Origin: Raillietiella orientalis
Lineage: Eukaryota
Direction of reading: 5' to 3'
DNA length: 64,000 nucleotides
Assembly (NCBI GenBank): GCA_036172245.1
Contig: JAYWIR010000001.1
Span: forward strand, 2,480,001-2,544,000
Position numbers and translations under genes: made by a program. The notes below the pieces were generated by a model that saw only the letters and a program-made list of their open reading frames with translations, ran no database searches and was not told the origin of the DNA. The first letter of the stretch is position 1. Every line of letters starts with the position of its first letter. Below, piece after piece: positions 37,552 through 50,100 of the stretch.

Positions 37552-40500
37552 CGGTTTTTAATCTGGGTAAAGATCTGGAGAGGAGGTCGTTATCAAGCCG
37601 GCCTCCTGGAAAGCAGAGTCTCCCCTACAGACAGAACCGGTGCTGCAAGTAGGTAGCAGAGTGGCTTTCTGATCATTTTCCTTCCTTCCGAGCTCTTCAA
37701 GTTATCTGATCTTCTCGTGTGCAGCAGAGACGTGAAAAACAACCCTTCGAAGACCCAAAGATCATCGGGAGGAAAAATGTTGTTAGGAAATAACTGAGAA
37801 CAAGAAGAAAATGAGGAAACCATCTGTTCTAAAGCGCTTTGTATCTTCGAGATCAGTTGAGACTTTGTAGGCGTTCTTTGACGAAATGTGCCACCGGAGC
37901 ATGCACGTGCTGCACCTCGTTGTCGCCAGGTTGGGTTTCGAACAAAAGCAGACCCCGAGGTGATCTCCGACGTTGCAGGGGTCGTATTCGAGACTATTCG
38001 TGATTGCGTATTCGAGGCGGTTCGTGGAGGATGCCGTTCTTGAACACCGGCCGAGAGCTTGCGTTTCTCTCCTTCACCAGGAAGGAGCATTCAGGGTGCA
38101 TGCGCTGAGCTCCTGCAGTCGCCTCGGTTGAAGTAGCGTTTCCGATCCTGAAACAGGAAGCATCTTTCTTTTTGCGTAAGTTCAGCCTGCCAACCACCTC
38201 GCAAATGCAATGAATCGCTGCCTGTGCCTTTGGGGTCTTTCGGTGCTCGAAGAGGTCTGCGGAAAGTCCAGTGACCTGTCGGCACCTTCCCAACAAGAGG
38301 GAAAGGGCACGAAGGAAGATCCGCAATTCCTCGCCAACCAAGCCCTACTTCTTCCGTGTGCAAGCCCTACCAGCGACTCGAGGACGAACCCAGCATAACA
38401 TTTCAACCAAGCGGCGTTCAACGATTCTCTTGCTTCAAAAACGCAAGCGCATCCAACCTCACCTATTTCATGGTACGCGATGATGGCTGCTTCTTGTATG
38501 GTGGTGCGGGATAGCTGCTTACACGGCACAGGTGGTGGCACTCCTTAGTGCATCTGGAATTCCGAATTATCAAAGCAATGGATTCCCGTGGCATTTAGAC
38601 GATACGCTTGCTTTGCTGACTCGTTCGAATCAAATCCAAAACTCCTATTCGGGCACGAATTCACGTTGTCTAGCAGCAAACATGTAAAAAACAATGAGTG
38701 GTAAATGTAGAGCTGGACATAAGATGAAAGAAAGGAAAGAAACAGAAAGATGAAATTCTAGAAACACTCAATTATAGGAGGCTGCATTTGAATTCAAGTT
38801 CTTTACTAAAACCAGCATTGAGAGGAAGGCACGAAAGCAACTGAATAGAAGAAAATTTGGGGATAATTTTTTCCATGCAACTGACAAAGCAGTGTCGGGA
38901 GAGACAGGTAGGAGCCGTTCAAAACTTTAGTTCCAAGGTCGAACGAGAATCCAAGATAACAAGGAGCAGACGGAGATGTCAAACTTGTTCCTCACACATG
39001 AAAAATCTCTCTGGGAGTTGTGCATGTGTTAGTGAATCTAATCACCCGATTCGTCCTGGACATCGACGAAATCACCTAGGTTGCCCAAGGGTTCGAAATA
39101 AACAGTCAGTTCCTTTCTCTGGAACAAGAGAGACAGCAAATTAATGAAGCAAGCTCACTCTCATCCCACGAGGGAAGCAAAACAGCTCTGGGACGCACGA
39201 ATCACTTCCAAGGCGTCCAGTGTAAATGGAGAAAAAATGAAAATGGAAAATGGAGAAAATAGAGGAAAATGGAGTCCTTCTGCATTCCATCAAGTCCTAA
39301 TTTCTGTGAATGAATTCCTATTCTGTCTTAATAGATTTAGAGCGTTCCGCTCCAAAGTACTAATGGTAGGTGAGTCTTTTGACTTTTCCGGTGTTTACCT
39401 AAACAAGCTGTTGTAAACTTGAAGGGGGGGGGGGGGGAGAAAGGTGAGTTGTTCAGTCAAACAAATAGTGTTTCTGTGTACGCACACTTGCTGTGGGAGC
39501 ATTTACCCTCGAAGTTGTGCTCACACTTTCGTGCAGATGAATCCTACCAGCACATCGATAGTGATATGCGTGGAGCAGACACTCTACTAGATCGAAGTGA
39601 ATGACTGTTCAGAGTAAGATATTAAAATCGAGAAAATTGCATGGAAGGATTTATCCTAAAATCTCCTTCTATTCAATCGCTTTCGTGTCTTCCTCTGAAT
39701 GCTGGTTTTATTAAAGAACTTGGGTTCAAATGCAACCCCCTGGAATTGAGTGAGCTCAGACTCGATTCAGTGAGTTTCGGGTGGAAAGCATAGCAGATGG
39801 AGGTTCTCTTCAGCTGAGTTGGGACCAACTGACGTTGGAAGATTGTCATCGCAAATAAAGAGATAATCCGAGAAAACAAAAGGATACGCCACAATTCTGT
39901 CAGATTGTATGACCTGTGGTAACAAAAGCACGTAGTGGTTGGAACATCAGTTGCACAGCTACCACCCCGAAGGAGCTGGGATCGAATCGCTCCCCAAAGA
40001 CGAAGGCAATCAAGACAATGAGCTCCAAGATGGCTCCTATCTTCGAAACCTCTTGGTGTCTTATTTTCTAGGTAAGAAATTGAAAAGGAAGGAATGGTTC
40101 TCGCAAATGTCATCATGGTCTTTCATGAAGATAAGGCCTGAGGAACCCGAAGATGGGAACAGCCAGAGAAAAAGGGTGGGAACGATCAGTATTTTTCAGG
40201 CTGAAAAATCCGCACTGTGCAGGCTTCCTCTGTATGCAACTGGGCTCCCAGTGACCAAACAAAGGATTCATTTGTTTAGGACTAAAAGCACCGACTCGTA
40301 AATCTAAAGGAAGTAAACGCCAGATGTTTCCTAGATAAAATATACATAGAAAGATAACGCGAAATTTTGCAAAAGTACATGTCCACAGTAACACTATGCT
40401 CTGCCTACATCCGTTACTATTTTTTGTTTATGAAATTCAATGATGCAAATAAAATGGATAATGTAACGACATGGCATTGCATGGAATCCATGGCATTCTC

Positions 40501-41632
40501 GCGGTTACTGTTTTTATCACCATAATCATGGTGGATGCTACGCTTGCGTATTTCTCATATTTAAACTATCCAAATAACACACATTTAGAACTCTATGCAA
40601 AGTACATACTTGAAAAAGAAAAGAAAGAAAAAGAAGAAAGAGAAAAGAATGCTACATTTGTTTCCAGGTGCAACGAACATGTGTAAAACACGAGTGCGAT
40701 TCATGGTCACCAAAACGCCTCGGTCACGGTGATAAAGACCGCCTATGAGTCATCCAGGCTTTTGTCCATCCCGCGACACGGGACACAATTTACGAATGCT
40801 GAAATGAACGAAGGTCAGATGATTTCCGTTCAAAGTATTGGTCCCGACTGAAAGTTGGCTTGCTAGCCACGAGCACGTCTGGAAACGGAACACGCTTCGA
40901 CACTGTGGTTCAGAAATGCTGACTGGTGGCATGGCTACTGGCTTTCTAAACATCAGCTCTTTCTCCTCTCTTCCTGGAAATGCTTTTCCTCTTATTTTCA
41001 AAGCGTATCTCCTCGAACACGAAAAGCGAAACACTGAAAAGCAGCGTCACTTTGGAAACACCAAGCAAGGTGGAGGCTGTTGAAGAACGCTGTGTCGTTC
41101 GGTCTGATCTGCATGCACGCCGGAGGCGAGAGGAAGTTTCCAGATTTGCTGAGAGAAAAGACCCTGATCCAGCTCTGGTGCTCTTCAGTGACGTCTGCGT
41201 GGGATGAGTTCAGTGACCGAAGTTTACGTGGGGGCATCCGCACTGCCTCGACGAAGAAAAGTCCGATCTTCTTATTTCCGGTCCGGAAGCGAAACGTAGA
41301 CAAAGGACACACGGAAAAAGCAATCCACGTGAACAATTCTGCATCATGAAGCGCAGTTTGGGACATATGCATCTTCAGCAACGCCAACTTTATTGATAAA
41401 CGCGGATGAAGCTCCGAAAGGAATTTCCGCTGCCAATTCGAAGCCCTTCGAAGGATACGCAGAGAAAGACCGTACAGAACGGTGTGTTCCTTTCCTTCCT
41501 TCGCACAAGTTTCCAGTGTTTCAATAACAGTCATACGGGGTGCCTTTCCGTGCTTCCTTCCAAGCTCAGCAGCGCTGGTGGACTACGAAGTTTGACGCAT
41601 CTCACTTGGCATCGGCAATCTCCTTACACGTC

Positions 41633-44600
41633 CTATGCTGCCGGTGATGCTGGAGAATCGTACATCCGGAAGATATCTTCCTTGTAATAATTTTCGATAT
41701 TTCTTCTGCGTATCTTCATAGAAGGAGTCAGCATTTGGTTGCCGGGGGTCCAAGTCTCCTTGCACAGCTTCACCACTCGAGGGATTTCAAATCCTTTCAG
41801 CCCGACTACGTGGGAACCGGATGTCAGCACGAAGCACTGCCAATCGATCGACGCGACGGCGCCGGAGCGCTCTGTGCCGTTGCAGCATACGTACGCTTGT
41901 GCCCCTCTCTGCTGAGCAGATCCAGAATGGCTTGCTTCAGGGTGCTGTCTTCGTGGAGAGATTCGCAATCCCTCTTCAGCCCGATCCACTGTGCCCAGTC
42001 GGTCAGTTCTCGAGGTCCAAAGACCAGCAAGGCGATCGTGTAATTCTTGAGGGGATTCGCAACGACGCAGACGTTTTCAAGGGGAAGGATGGACTTGCAG
42101 AACTCCTCGATCTTACCGAGAACAACGAACTCTCCGTTCTGCAACTTGATTATGTCTTTTTTGCGGTCTTAAGAGGTGGAGAATTAGTGATGGCAGTAAT
42201 AACAAAGCAGCTTCTATCAAGAAACGACTGCGCACCAATGATTTTCAAGCTCCCGTCATCCAGGAACATGCCGATGTCTCCCGTCCGTATCCAACGGTTT
42301 GTTTCGTCCACATAAAAGCTGTCGTCGCTTTGCATGCCGTAATACCCGTCACAGACATTTTTTCCTCCTGGAGACAGCCCGAGGAACGTGCGGGCGAAAG
42401 AGAAACACCACTGACCTACGTGGATTTCACCGCGAGGATATGGTTTGTCTGTGACGAGGTATCCTCCTTCCTCCCAGCTTACAAGACGTATGCTGACGTC
42501 AGAGAAGGGATATCCCACCGTGCCGGGGTACTGCCATTGCTCTGCATTCGAAAAATGTGGGGGTGGTGCTGGTTTGAGGGGAAACAAAGACCTGGACAGA
42601 AGCACGAGAGTGCACTGGTCTCGGTGAGTCCGTAGCCTATCCTCACAGGTCGACCGAATGCAGCTTCGTACGACAGGTGGGAGTCAGGAGAGACGGAAGC
42701 ACCTCCTACAAGCAGGACCTTCAGTTTACCTCCAAGAGAAGACCTGGCGTCTCGGAACAGGAAGAAGTCTGTGATGGGTGTGGATTTGTGCTCCAGCAGT
42801 GCGTCCTTTTTGTATTTCAGAACCAGGTCGAAGAGCTGCCTCCCCCCCATCGAATTGGATAGAAATCTGCTTTGGACCGCGTTGAACATCCTACCCAGAA
42901 CCAGCTGCAAAAAAAAAAAAAAAAAAAAAAAGAAACCAGATCACCTGCTCCATGTGCCCGGAGCCTGCTCTTACGGGAACACTCGAAACCCTTGTGGGTT
43001 TCAGAACTCTCATGTCGCCCTTGGAGCCTGGGGCCAGCTTGACTGAATCGTCTAGCAAGGTAAAGGGGGAGGAGAAGCCAAGCAAGGCACCAGCTAGGAA
43101 TGCGTGGAAGTCTGGAACGCATAGCTGTTCCCGACTTTCCGTGGGCCCTTTCACCTGTGATGAACCCAAAAATATGTGCCATCGGGAGATTACACAAGTG
43201 CAGATCAGCACTGGACAATCCCAAGTCCTGAGAGGCCGTCTGCAAGGCTGACACCAAATTGGAATGGAGAAAGCTTGCTCCTTTCGGTTTCCCAGAGGAA
43301 CCGCTAGTGTACATCACCATGGCAACGTCTTCCGCTCTCGCAGGCACTTCCTCTGCATGAGACGCCGCGAGTTTCGGTAATTTTCCTGGTTCCCATATCA
43401 CCCAAGCGAAGATCCTTCGCTGATTCGATAGCTTGACTCATCCTGAAGATTTGCACGGATTTCTCGGATCCCGGATGCTTGGTCTGGAGCAGAGGATCGT
43501 CGAAAACCATTATGCAGTTTAGATCCGGAGCGTGGCTGAGGATCCGCAGCACCGTGCCGAGCAAGCTTTCTGTTGTCAGCAGGTGAGTGGCTTTGTTTTC
43601 TCTCAGAATCTGCACTATGCCTTCATCTGACAACGTCGTAAAAATGGTGACTACTGCAAAAGAGCACGTCCTCAGTTAGATATTGCCCCCTCCCTCCCTC
43701 CCCCCTTTCAGAAAAAAAAGAAGGAAAAGAAAAGTCACTCGTAATGTTCTGCAAGAAGCAAGCACAGGCTGCCAGAATCCACTCCAGTCTTGTTTCAGAA
43801 AAGATAACTAATCTGTCCTTTGCGTGAACGCTCAGTTTTCTGAAAGCTTTGCTCATGTCTTCAACTTTACAACGAAAATCCTGTAAAGTCATCCATCTGT
43901 ATTCGTCTTCGAATACGTACTGAAGTGCATCAAACAATGAGTAACTACAGTGAGAAAGTGTCTCTCTTTGCAACGGTTGAAACAGAAATAATCAGACTGG
44001 CAAAGCTCTGCTTCGAAAGCAGCCTTCCCGACTGCTGCTGCTTCTCCCCAGCGCCATGCCAGGAATTTCACCAAACACAGCAAACTCGATCGGGAAAAAG
44101 AGTTTTGGATGAACATCCCAACAACCGCCTGTCTCTTTTCTGCTGACCGGAGTGGCAGTAAAGAGCATGCCCGATGGCCTCGTCGCCAAACGCATTCACC
44201 CGAATATTTCGAAATTCTGACGTTCAAGAAAGTCGCAAGATCACACGGACACTCGCTCGTAGTTCGGGATCATTAACTTCCTGAACCTTCCCTTTTGAAT
44301 ATGTGGGCAGGTTTATGAGCATTTTCGTACGCGGAAGTCCATTTGCGGATCGTTTCCTCGATTGCCTACGTGAGACCATAAGGAAGCTTCTCTTTTTATG
44401 ACATACGTTGAAATCCGTACCCATTTCATTTTGATGTTTCGACGTTTGGTGCTTTTTGCCCGAGGAAACGCATGCGCTAGAAGCACACAACGCAACACAA
44501 AACAGGGAATCGGTCGGTGAAATCAAGAATCACGTTACTGCGTAATACAATATTCTCTTTAAGAATATCGACGTGATTATGCAGTAGTATGGGGCTTCAT

Positions 44601-47101
44601 GTATACGGAAGTTAATGTATTCACTGCAAGTGATCTCGTCAACCAATCTTCCATGTTTATCATTTCCGCACCTCCGTAGGTCAGAATCAACTTCTACTGT
44701 AGTCTTCTTAGCTGATGTGAAGGCTCCACAGATGCCGTGAAAAAAAAAAAAAAAAGGAAAAAAGAAATCAGGATCTGCAATCTATCGGCTCGTTTTCTCG
44801 GAATTCTGCCTTCGATTCTGTGCACGCAAGAACACTCGGTAAAGAATAACCTTGATTATCCTCTTCTATGTAAAAGATGACATACGAGCACGGAACCATT
44901 TTGTAGTATTCGCAATTCTTGAAGATGATTCACGCAGAATTTCCTTGCTATCGATGGCCAAATAAATTCCAGGAACTTTATGTGCCAGTGATGATGATGA
45001 TTGCCAATAATTACAGCGCCAGCTTTTTTTTAAATAACACGAACAAACCAGCCTATGCGCAATCGCAACTCCTTCGAGTCCTTTAACGCGAAGCAAATGT
45101 GCCTCCTTTTGAAGATATCGTTTCAAGGGCACCTATAAAGATGTCAAGAAGAGGGTACAATCAATCCTTGAGCAAAAGCACAACCTATTTTCTTTTTGGA
45201 CACGCGAGTTACGTTTCCTGATTGAAGCAAGCAAGGACGGAAGATAATGCGCGTAAGAGATGATGACTGATTCTCTGTTAAATTTGTAGTTGCATCCAGA
45301 AGTGGAAGAACGAAAAATGGATAGGAAATCCCTAGGAGTTTTTCCGCTAAATGAATCCCTGTCACGCTTGAGATTCTGGGCACAAGTGCTACTTTCGAAA
45401 CTCCCGATGCTGGGTTAGTACCGAGGTTCCTCTGATCTTCTCGAATGTGTGCGCATCCTTTGCTTTGCATCGTCCCTGCTTTGCCGACTTTCACATGAAC
45501 GCTGATCTCTGAATTGGATGCCTTCCGTCAGTGTGCATGGAATTCCTCTTGAAGAAAGATCACGTGTCGAAAAGAAAACCTAAAATGCGCAAAGGAAAAA
45601 GACAAGACAGCTCATGCGACATTTCACAGGGGATGTTGGTCAAGAAGATCCTACCGAACGGACACAAATTCGACAAAGTCGGGGCAACCTGCTTTTCCAA
45701 TAATTCCCTGAGTAACAGGAGGTGGCGACATGACGTCTCGGCCCGACTGGCAAAGAGCAACTGGAGTTGGGAAAGAAAGGTTCAGCGCTCATGAGGATAC
45801 TCGAAGCGAGAGGCTTTGGAGGACCTCTCAGAGCAAAGTCAAAATCAGGCGCTTGCCGATTCGCAGTCATTTTCCGTCATGGAAATAAAATGGGGTCCAT
45901 GGCACATGTGTGATTCCTGAGGATCTCGCAGCGACGCGAATGTAAGCAGGAACACCCTGTTACCCAGGATGCTCGAAGAAAACTTTTCACGAAAGCTTTC
46001 ACACATGACTTCTGAAGTCCTTTTGACAGGATATTAGCATCACCATCTCGTTTTCTTTTTTGCTAGAAAATGAAAGGTTCTTCGAATTTTGTTTTTTGGG
46101 GGGGGCTCTCTGTTAAAAGCTGAAAACATGCACACATACATACACACACTCTTCTCGATGACATGCGTGCAGGTTTTCGTTTCGCTGTTTCATGTGCTTA
46201 TTTTTTTTGTAAGACATTTTCGCCCCACGAACAGTTGCTCTTGAAAAGTTACTTTCCGTGATATTGCATTAAAAGAAAAAGAAAATGGTCTGAGGGGCAA
46301 AACGGCATGTGGAATAATAAAAAGTTCAAGTGCATGCCTCAGAATCCCGGTAGAGATAGGTAGGCACAATGCAACTCAAAGTATTTGCCTTTCAGAGTGC
46401 ATTTGATCTTCGATGATTTATCCCTTGAGAAAACAAAATAGATCCGGACAAGAGTTCGTTATTTCAGAGGATTCGGTCCATCGCAATCGTTGAAGGACGG
46501 ACAAAGTCATCAGTGCCTGCAGCTCGAAGTTTACACAGCATAGAGGACAACGGTCCCCGATATGGAGCTGAGGTACATTCTCAAAGAATGCCATCTGTCG
46601 TCAAGTTTTCCACAGGAAATACTGCAAACGCACCCGATCGAAGAAAAAAAAAATGATTTGAGATGAAGGTTCATTTCATCCATAACTCTTAACGTCCGCG
46701 GCAATTAAACGTTGCTACTGGATCCGCAAATGAATTTTTTATAGTCTCTGCTCGTTCTGATTCATATCGCACCCGTCATGGAGAACGTACAATTCAATCC
46801 CCACTCATGGAAGAACGCAAATAGGTACAATCCAATAAGATTAAGGAACGAGTCCTCTTTTACCTTTTCTTCTTGCACGGCTACTATTGGGCGAACACCG
46901 AAACGCGGTGTATGCAATGGTTGAGTGTTGAAAACGTGAAGCACTAGCTGAAAATATGAATCGTTTAGCTGCTTGTTTTGCATTTGAAAAGACCTCTTTC
47001 ATGGTCTTCAAGTCTTTTTCCTTTTCGGAAAGGGGGACACTGGATGGCCTTTCCAACGTCCGATAGGTCAGCTGCTTGCTGTTTTGCGACAAGATCTCGA
47101 T
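41633..47101 (-). CDS. ACSL: Long-chain-fatty-acid--CoA ligase, ACSL3/4-like, paralog B (first coding exon not located)
   Basis: Exons 47101-46994 (IEILSQNSKQLTYRT...KTMKE, 108 nt like paralog A exon 2) and 46947-46864 (LVLHVF..PRFGVRPIVAVQEEK), an intron of about 2.9 kb, then 43920 to the stop at 41633. Motifs ETRLEW, YTSGSSGKPKG, LPMAH, GYGLTET, WEEGGY, TGDIG..DGSLKIIDRKKDIIKLQNGE, LTPSMKIRR. Confidence 0.92.
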
Positions 47102-50100
47102 CTAGAAATAACTGGAGTTAGATTCCGTTCGACAGTCGGTAAAAAAAGAAAGAAGAAATGAATTATCTAGGAATCATCTTGAATGTTTGCTTTGCCTACG
47201 CATCTTCTCTTACATTCATTCTTCTTCATCTAAGGTGGAAACTTCAAACAAAAGCTGCTTCTGTTTCTGGTTCTATGTTTCGTGTTTTGAAGTGTGTTCT
47301 TTTGCTTTTGTCAACAGATACAGAGAGTCAGGTGGAAGCTTCGACTTGGTTCGAGTGTACGTTTTTTTCCCCAAAAAAGCGGTTGCCAAAAAAGATGGCA
47401 ACCGCTAGTTGGAATTTTCAGTGAATGATACACAAGGTGAAGTTGGAAGCTGATCTTAATGATACGCAGGAGTCGAATTCATTTTCCGGTTCCAAATTTC
47501 GTGTAATTTTCGCTTTCTAAAACTGATGACCGACCATTAGAAATGCACTGCTATGTAGGTTAATTAAAGAGAACGCATTTTCCAAGGAGTTCAACGCCGA
47601 ATTCGGAACTAATGAGGGTTTGCATTTCGAGAAACTCCTCTGCGGCTACTTTTTGTTTGTTTTTCATTAGAGTAATCCGTTTGTATTTTTTAATCCGCAT
47701 TTTGAATTCACAGATGCTGCATAACGGAAACCTTGCTGTCGTCGTTACTTACGTTATGCTGTCATCATGCTAATGACATACTACCAGCGCTTTTTGCTGT
47801 TATAATGTATTGACGGCAGTGTTTCTATGCCCTTCCACATTTTGATGTGTCTTTTGATTATCAGTAATTTTCTAGGTTTCCAGCCATTCCTCAAAGTTAA
47901 GAAAGCACTGCGTCCTCCAAAGCTTTCGGACCACACCCCAAGTGGTCAGTTCCGTTCATTAACCAACTCTGTAGCTTAGCTATAGACGTTTAAACTGTGG
48001 AACGTCCTTTGTGAGTAATTGCACTTTTTCGCACAAAAATAATACTGAAATTGACAATTACTCGTCAAAAAATAAGTTTTCTTTCTTCCCGGCCAGAGGA
48101 TTGTTTATGGAGGGAATTATTCACGAAACCGACAAATCATTTGTACTATGATTAAAAGATCGCTTGTACTAGGATAAAAACCACAATTTTACCACGCCGT
48201 CTGCAATCTAACTCAAAGCATTTAGAACGAGATGTGATGAATGTGGTGAATGTGAACCCGTTGTTAACCCGTGCAATCTATGTAAAAAGAAACTTAGGAA
48301 AAACGTTATGAAATCCTTAAGACCTTGCTAGAGGTAAATGCTCTCATTTTGAGGTCGGGAGAGATTTGTAAACATGCACGACCGGAAAGGTGGTGCTATT
48401 CCTCGAATACATAACAATAAATAAGCAATAAGTTGCCAAAAAAAAAAGAAAACTGGGGAAAAAGAAACAGAAACCACTGTTTGGGGACCAAAATCTTGAG
48501 CAACATTTTTACCTTATGCAATTTAGTGGTAAGTCGGGAGAGTCAGAGACTGAACTGACGCTCGCTGTAACAAAAACAAGAACTTCGGAGAGACGCACAA
48601 GTTGTGTGTGTACTGCGTGAATGCTAAGTTTGTACTCTTTGTACTTTTTTGTTGTTCCAATAATTCAAATATGCACAGATTCTTAGAGACGATTGCATCA
48701 GATTTATATACATTTTTGAAGCAGGCATGCAAACACGTCTATGATAAAGACGATTCAAAAAAGTTCTGATCCTATGCCACAGTTTCAAAGCACCAAGAAC
48801 GTTTCTTGATAATCCTACCATATCAAAGATCCTGGTGAAGTAGGATGAAAATGGAACAACGGAAGATTCGAAATCCAAATTTTTACAGCTTCTTTCGACA
48901 TGGCTCCCATTGCTGACTCAAATGCTGTTCGGCCCCAAATTAAATATAAAGTGTGAATGAATGTGTAAATTCAAGCTTCAAACTCTCCCAGCTTCAAAAC
49001 TACTAGAGCTAATAAGCTCCAACTGCTGACACAAACTTGAATAGAGTTTTCCAAAAAAGAATGCAAGTGATGTTTTGATGGAACCTTTTTATAATATATA
49101 TTCCTTTACTCCAGCATACTCACGAAATGTGATTTGATTTGACCGTGGAGGAGAGGACTGGAATGTTACAAAGAGTCAAGAGGATTCCAATGCAGCTTTT
49201 GTTAATCTGAGAAAAAGGAATGAAAAAAAAAGAGCGCGGAACAGAGCGATCTCTAAGTGTCCTACATGCAAGGGATTGGAAATCGGACTTCCCAGGAGTG
49301 AACGCAATTCAGATAAAACCTGCGTTTGCACTAAAATTCAAAGGAATGGCATTGATTTGCGTTCAACATTTGAACACGATTTGCTGTTTTCTATTTTATT
49401 TCATTTTTTCTTAAAAAAAGAGCATTCTGTTACTGGGAAATCGATCAATTTAAGTTGATGCAATCACAAGCAATCTCCCTGCATAAATACACCATTCTCG
49501 GTTTGCAGGACCATGAACGGGCACAAACGGGCAAATTTGAGGATCTACCACATGCAGGTCTTAATGAGCGTGGAGGACATCAGCAGATATCAGCATGATT
49601 GCAACAAAAGCTCGCCAGGCTTCTATAAGATGGAATGCCGCAACCTACGTATGCAGGATTGGCAGAACTTTCCAAAGAACTTTTGATGCAAATAGCAAAC
49701 GGAATTTTCTATTTGATTACACCTTACTAGGCATTTGACTACTCTTCTGTCCTGGAAATTTTGAATCAGTTTCAAAGGCCCGAGTTATCAGAAGATTGTA
49801 ATTGTCAGCAAATTAGAAAAATTGAACCGATTCAACATCGGTCAAAATATCAATCAATTTACAATACGTGCAGCCAATTTCCGGAAAAAGAACGGTGCAT
49901 TTAATGTACACTTACTATGAGCATCGAATCAGTTCGCCTGATGAAAGGCTGCATGTAATTTTAATAAATAATGTATGATATCCCAGATTCTTTGACTGGA
50001 AAACCACTAACCCAGGACTTTACTCAGCTGGACGCTCTTTTAAATTATACTTTTGAACTGGAGATCCGTTCAACCTAATCATTAAGATGACGTAAACTGC

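Noticed and set aside
40471-40686. 71-aa ORF with a hydrophobic N-terminus and Lys/Glu tail
   Set aside because: The tail derives from an AAAG-type simple repeat; no homology or splice support.
43960-44530. Short ORFs as the ACSL-B N-terminus
   Set aside because: Exons at 46864-47101 align far better with ACSL-A exons 2-3, so this stretch is intronic.
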